Shown: in pieces, positions 24,362-28,063 of the stretch
Layout: every line of letters starts with the position of its first letter
Numbering within the stretch: the first letter of the stretch is position 1
Source: an uncultured Pseudobdellovibrionaceae bacterium
GTDB lineage: Bacteria > Bdellovibrionota > Bdellovibrionia > Bdellovibrionales > Bdellovibrionaceae
Length of the DNA: 28,063 nucleotides
Reading direction: 5' to 3'
NCBI GenBank assembly: GCA_964390435.1
Contig: CAYMKD010000002.1
Coordinates: 1 to 28,063 of the forward strand
Notes under the pieces: generated by a model
What the model saw: only the letters and a program-made list of their open reading frames with translations
What the model was told of the DNA's origin: nothing
Database searches by the model: none
Translations under genes and position numbers: made by a program

Positions 24362-26719
24362 ATGAAGATGCTAAAAAAAATTCTCATATCTTTTTTTGCA
24401 GTCATTTTAGTGTTGTCGCTAACTATTTCTGGAACTGTGATTTGGGTCATTAATAATCCTGAAAAAGCCTGGGAAATAGCGCAGAAAAATTATCTTCCTG
24501 AAGATTTAAATATTACTTGGAGTAAAATTGATCTTTCTATCAAACATCTAAAAGGATTCAATTTTTACTTTAATTTAAAAATTTATGATTTTCGCTTGCA
24601 AAAAGAAAATCCATTTATGGATTTGCCTGCGGATTTTATCTGGCTTGAGACTTTAGTTAAGCCATTTAGCTCTGATTATAAAGTAGTTGCTCATAACTGG
24701 GAATTAAAAGCTTCAAAAGCTTTAAGGTTAAAGTTAAATTCTGAGCACGAAACCGAAGAAGAAAAAAATCCATTTCAACATTTTAAATCTTTATTAGAGG
24801 AAGTGAAAAGCTTTAGATCATTCGTTTTAATCGAAAGTATATTGGTGCAGATAAAGGAACTCAGGCTAGAGAGTAATAACTTAGATTATATTCTTATATC
24901 GCTTGATGCTGATGAAAATCGCAGTAGAGAATCAGAAATTTTAAACTACAATGCATCAGTAATATTAAAAAATAAGTTTGAACTATCTTCAGGTGGGAAA
25001 ATTTACTTTAATAATCTTAATAAAGATCAATTGGTACTACAAAGCAATTTTGTTTTTGATGGTCCTGAGTTACAAGCGAAACAAGAAATCAATCTAGATT
25101 TTAAAAATGAAACTGCTAGTTTTGATATGAAAGGTCCTATTAATTACAATAGCGGTAAAACAAAAGTTTCTACCAATATTCATACAGAATTAAAAATGAG
25201 TCCACAAAGTGCTGAGATTGGCTTAGATGTAGACATACTAAATATGCCTGGAAAACAAATTAAAATTAAATCATTAAAAGCTCAGATCAGCTCTCCATTT
25301 ACTACAAATATTCTGTGGAGTGAAAAACCTACGACGATGTCTTTGTCAGCTCCAATTTCACTTTATTTGTTAAACAAAAAAATGAAAAGTCAGCTAAATA
25401 AATCTTGTCAATGTGAAGTCCCTCAAGTTGTTAACTCACGCTTAAATGGCGAAATTTGGCTGTCACCTATGTTTGCAAACAACTCTGATCTTAAATTAAT
25501 AGCTGATTTAAAATTTGAAGTTGATGTCATAAAAAATAAATTATTTTTATTAGATATTAAAGCTGGATTGAAAGTTAATAAAAAATTAGAGCGGTATTAT
25601 TTTTTACCAAGTATAAACACAACAGCGCATATTTTGAGCTTTCAAGAAACCATAAAAATTTTAGCAGCGAATCGAATTTTAGTACCGGCTCCACTTGATG
25701 TCCTAGGTGGAACTATAAAGTTTCAGGCTGGTGGATCCCTTACAAGCTCATTAAATGGTCATAGTATTCCTATGCAGGCCACAATTGATCTAGCATCAGA
25801 GGATCAGCGGGTTGATATACAAACCAATGCCAATGTTCTGCTTGCAAAAAACTTTGAGTCAGCAAATATTGATTTAGATGTTGATGTCAGAAACTTATAT
25901 TTACAGTTGCCCCCTCTGGCTCCAGTTCAAGGCACACCGAGAGTCATTTCAGACTCAAGAATTTTAAAAAGCCCAAAGACTTTAGATAAAAAAAGTACAA
26001 ACAAATTTCAAGTTAACCTTACTTATCAAATAAATACAAATCGCCCTGGCGCAATTCACCTTTTATCAAAATATTTCAAACCTTACATGCCACTAAGTAT
26101 TTATATTAAGCGCATTCGGAACAAAAAAAAATTGACTCGTATTAGAATTGAACCATTCGATATAGTTTACTTAAGAAGGCGCGTTCATTTGGAACATATG
26201 TCTGTAGATTTATCAAAAGTTGATCAAAATATTTTTATTGTCGATGGGCGTCTCAGTGTTAAGCAAACACTTTATACTGTTTATATTGATATTAGTGGTA
26301 CATCTAAAAACCCTGCAATTCTTTTAAGCAGTGAGCCCTATTTACCAAGGTCAGAAATTATTTCAGTACTTTTATATGATCGAACGAGCGATAATTTAGC
26401 AGCAGCTGATGCGCAAACAGCAGGAGCGCTAGAAGAGGCTGTAGCGGATCGTGCTATTGGGCTTTTTGGCATTTGGGCTTTTGCCTCAACTCCGATTAAG
26501 AGCTTTTCTTATAATCCAACAACTAAGATGTATACAGCAACGGTTGAGTTAGCGAATAATGTGACCACCAGTATTGGTACTAATTGGGAAGAAGCAAGCC
26601 AACTAGAGTTAAGTAAACGTGTATCACGTAATTGGACAGTTACTGCAGCCTGGACACCTGGTGATGATGAAAAGGGTGAGCAAACTAAACTTATTTTACA
26701 ATGGGAACGTCATTATTAA
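24362..26719 (+). CDS. tamB: TamB-like (DUF490/AsmA-like) protein, 785 aa
   Basis: Uncleaved N-terminal TM anchor (KKILISFFAVILVLSLTISGTVIWV), beta-rich body, DUF490-like IDISGTSKNPAILLSSEPYLPRSEIISVLL motif, C-terminal beta strands ending WERHY. SD AAGGAG 8 nt before ATG 24362. Confidence 0.8.
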   Translation: MKMLKKILISFFAVILVLSLTISGTVIWVINNPEKAWEIAQKNYLPEDLNITWSKIDLSIKHLKGFNFYFNLKIYDFRLQKENPFMDLPADFIWLETLVKPFSSDYKVVAHNWELKASKALRLKLNSEHETEEEKNPFQHFKSLLEEVKSFRSFVLIESILVQIKELRLESNNLDYILISLDADENRSRESEILNYNASVILKNKFELSSGGKIYFNNLNKDQLVLQSNFVFDGPELQAKQEINLDFKNETASFDMKGPINYNSGKTKVSTNIHTELKMSPQSAEIGLDVDILNMPGKQIKIKSLKAQISSPFTTNILWSEKPTTMSLSAPISLYLLNKKMKSQLNKSCQCEVPQVVNSRLNGEIWLSPMFANNSDLKLIADLKFEVDVIKNKLFLLDIKAGLKVNKKLERYYFLPSINTTAHILSFQETIKILAANRILVPAPLDVLGGTIKFQAGGSLTSSLNGHSIPMQATIDLASEDQRVDIQTNANVLLAKNFESANIDLDVDVRNLYLQLPPLAPVQGTPRVISDSRILKSPKTLDKKSTNKFQVNLTYQINTNRPGAIHLLSKYFKPYMPLSIYIKRIRNKKKLTRIRIEPFDIVYLRRRVHLEHMSVDLSKVDQNIFIVDGRLSVKQTLYTVYIDISGTSKNPAILLSSEPYLPRSEIISVLLYDRTSDNLAAADAQTAGALEEAVADRAIGLFGIWAFASTPIKSFSYNPTTKMYTATVELANNVTTSIGTNWEEASQLELSKRVSRNWTVTAAWTPGDDEKGEQTKLILQWERHY

Positions 26720-26792
26720 AAACCATAAACACATGGCAGAAAATTATGAAAAACGTACTAGTTACTGAGCTGGTAGAGGGATTGGTAGGGAG

Positions 26793-28001
26793 TCACTCTT
26801 TTATTTTTGGGACTTTAAAAATCTTTAAAATTAGAAGCGCAGCAGATGAAGAGAAAAAGATAACTGCCGCAGTGGGCAGTGCTCCTTTAATATCAAACAA
26901 ACCAATGCAACCAGAGATAACAGCGCCAATTCCAAGCTGAAAAAAACCAAGCAAGGCAGAAGCACTACCAGCATTTTGGCTAAAGGGTGAAAGAGCAAGT
27001 GCTGCTGCGTTTGGATAGGTAATGCCGGCACAAGATAAAATTGCAAAAAGAAATATGATAGTTGTTAGAAGTCCATAAATATTAAACCACACGCCTAATA
27101 AAAATATGGAGCCAATACAAAATTGTACAAAAAGCGCATTTTTAAAAATATTTTGACTACTAAATTTACGCATTAAAATAATATTGAACTGACTGCCACC
27201 AATCATTCCCACAGCTAAAAAAGCAAAAATTGCACTATAAATTTGTGGACTAACTTGAAAGCCATCCATAAATATAGCAGGCGATCCTGCGACATAAACA
27301 AAAAGACCGGCAAAAGAAAAAGATCCAGCAAACGTATAAATATAAAATTCAGGTACGCGTAATATTATTTTGAAACTAGAAAAAATAGCTTTGGGATGAA
27401 GATCTACTGATCTATCGGCTTTATGAGCTTCTGGTAGAAAAAAGAAAATCATGGCTATAATAGCTAATGCCATAAATGTGAGAGTGGCAAAAACAGCTTG
27501 CCAGCCCCAAGCAATAGTAATGAAGCTGCCAATAGTTGGAGCAAGTAAAGGAGATGCGCTTAAAACCAACATTAAAAGTGAAAATACTTTGGCTCCTTCA
27601 TGAACAGCAAAAAAATCTTTTACCATGGATATTGAAGCAACACTTGCTACACATCCTCCAAGGGCTTGCAGAAACCGATATAGCATAAGTTGTTCTACTG
27701 AGCGTGAAAACATGCAGGCAATGGACGCTAATATATAAATAAAAAGCCCGACATATATAGGTGGTTTTCTGCCATAACGATCTAAAAGAGGACCATAAAA
27801 AATTTGACCAAAAGCATAGCCAATAAAATAAGTAGATACGGAAAAGGAAACTTGAGCGAGAGTGGTTTGTAGATCACGAGCAATTTCCGGAAAAGCAGGT
27901 AAATATAAATCGATAGAAAAGGGAGTTACGGCATTTAAAATGCCAAGCATAAGAATTAAAAAGAAATTTTCAGTCTTGCTGCGGTCCTTGATGTGAATCA
28001 T
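26793..28001 (-). CDS. Bcr/CflA family multidrug efflux MFS transporter, 402 aa
   Basis: LGIL.A..PFSIDLYLPAFP.IA.DL, GQIFYGPL.DRYGRKP, RFLQALGG, P.LAP.IG, AGSASALLG; 12 TM pattern. Confidence 0.95.
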   Translation of the reverse strand: MIHIKDRSKTENFFLILMLGILNAVTPFSIDLYLPAFPEIARDLQTTLAQVSFSVSTYFIGYAFGQIFYGPLLDRYGRKPPIYVGLFIYILASIACMFSRSVEQLMLYRFLQALGGCVASVASISMVKDFFAVHEGAKVFSLLMLVLSASPLLAPTIGSFITIAWGWQAVFATLTFMALAIIAMIFFFLPEAHKADRSVDLHPKAIFSSFKIILRVPEFYIYTFAGSFSFAGLFVYVAGSPAIFMDGFQVSPQIYSAIFAFLAVGMIGGSQFNIILMRKFSSQNIFKNALFVQFCIGSIFLLGVWFNIYGLLTTIIFLFAILSCAGITYPNAAALALSPFSQNAGSASALLGFFQLGIGAVISGCIGLFDIKGALPTAAVIFFSSSAALLILKIFKVPKIKE

Positions 28002-28063
28002 GAGAGTTTAAGATAGAGTGTATTGATCTTTTGGTCAACAAAAGCTAGATTCTAAACAACATA

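Noticed and set aside
1076-27046. Short ORF-track entries nested in or antisense to larger genes (e.g. 1076, 1116, 2739, 5570, 6445, 6650, 6657, 8586, 9810, 12013, 13962, 14143, 14478, 17635, 17941, 18163, 19166, 26701, 26831)
   Set aside because: Shadow frames of well-supported genes, with no motifs or SDs.
1-28063. CRISPR array, tRNA/rRNA, IS element, prophage or integrase
   Set aside because: No spaced direct repeats, no cloverleaf or rRNA signatures, and no transposase, recombinase or phage motifs were seen.

Overview
AT-rich bacterial chromosomal window (roughly one-third GC by eye), densely coding. I found no rRNA, tRNA, CRISPR array, transposase/integrase or phage genes. The gene style loosely suggests a Bdellovibrionota-like diderm, but this is an inference because no marker gene is present. 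The centrepiece is a tightly coupled five-gene + strand operon (4384-9612): CoA-acylating (methyl)malonate-semialdehyde dehydrogenase, GTP-cyclohydrolase-II-like Urc1 homolog, DUF1688/Urc4 homolog, uracil phosphoribosyltransferase and uridine kinase. It reads as a bacterial version of the fungal URC uracil-degradation route. Unlike the fungal route it appears to end oxidatively (malonate semialdehyde to acetyl-CoA) and has a dedicated uridine entry point. The remainder is a mosaic of stress, envelope and signalling genes: GST C-terminus, DUF1428, an orphan single-POTRA Omp85, two ArsR/SRPBCC modules with readable and distinct operators, GFA protein, secreted 14-repeat LRR protein, MddA-like methyltransferase, cold-shock protein, N-formylglutamate amidohydrolase-like protein, two orphan histidine kinases, DoxX, OmpA lipoprotein, tandem OB-fold protein, a coupled YihY-TamA-TamB unit and a Bcr/CflA MFS exporter. 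Several start codons are refined relative to the ORF track using Shine-Dalgarno spacing. All family calls come from motif recognition by eye, not database searches.
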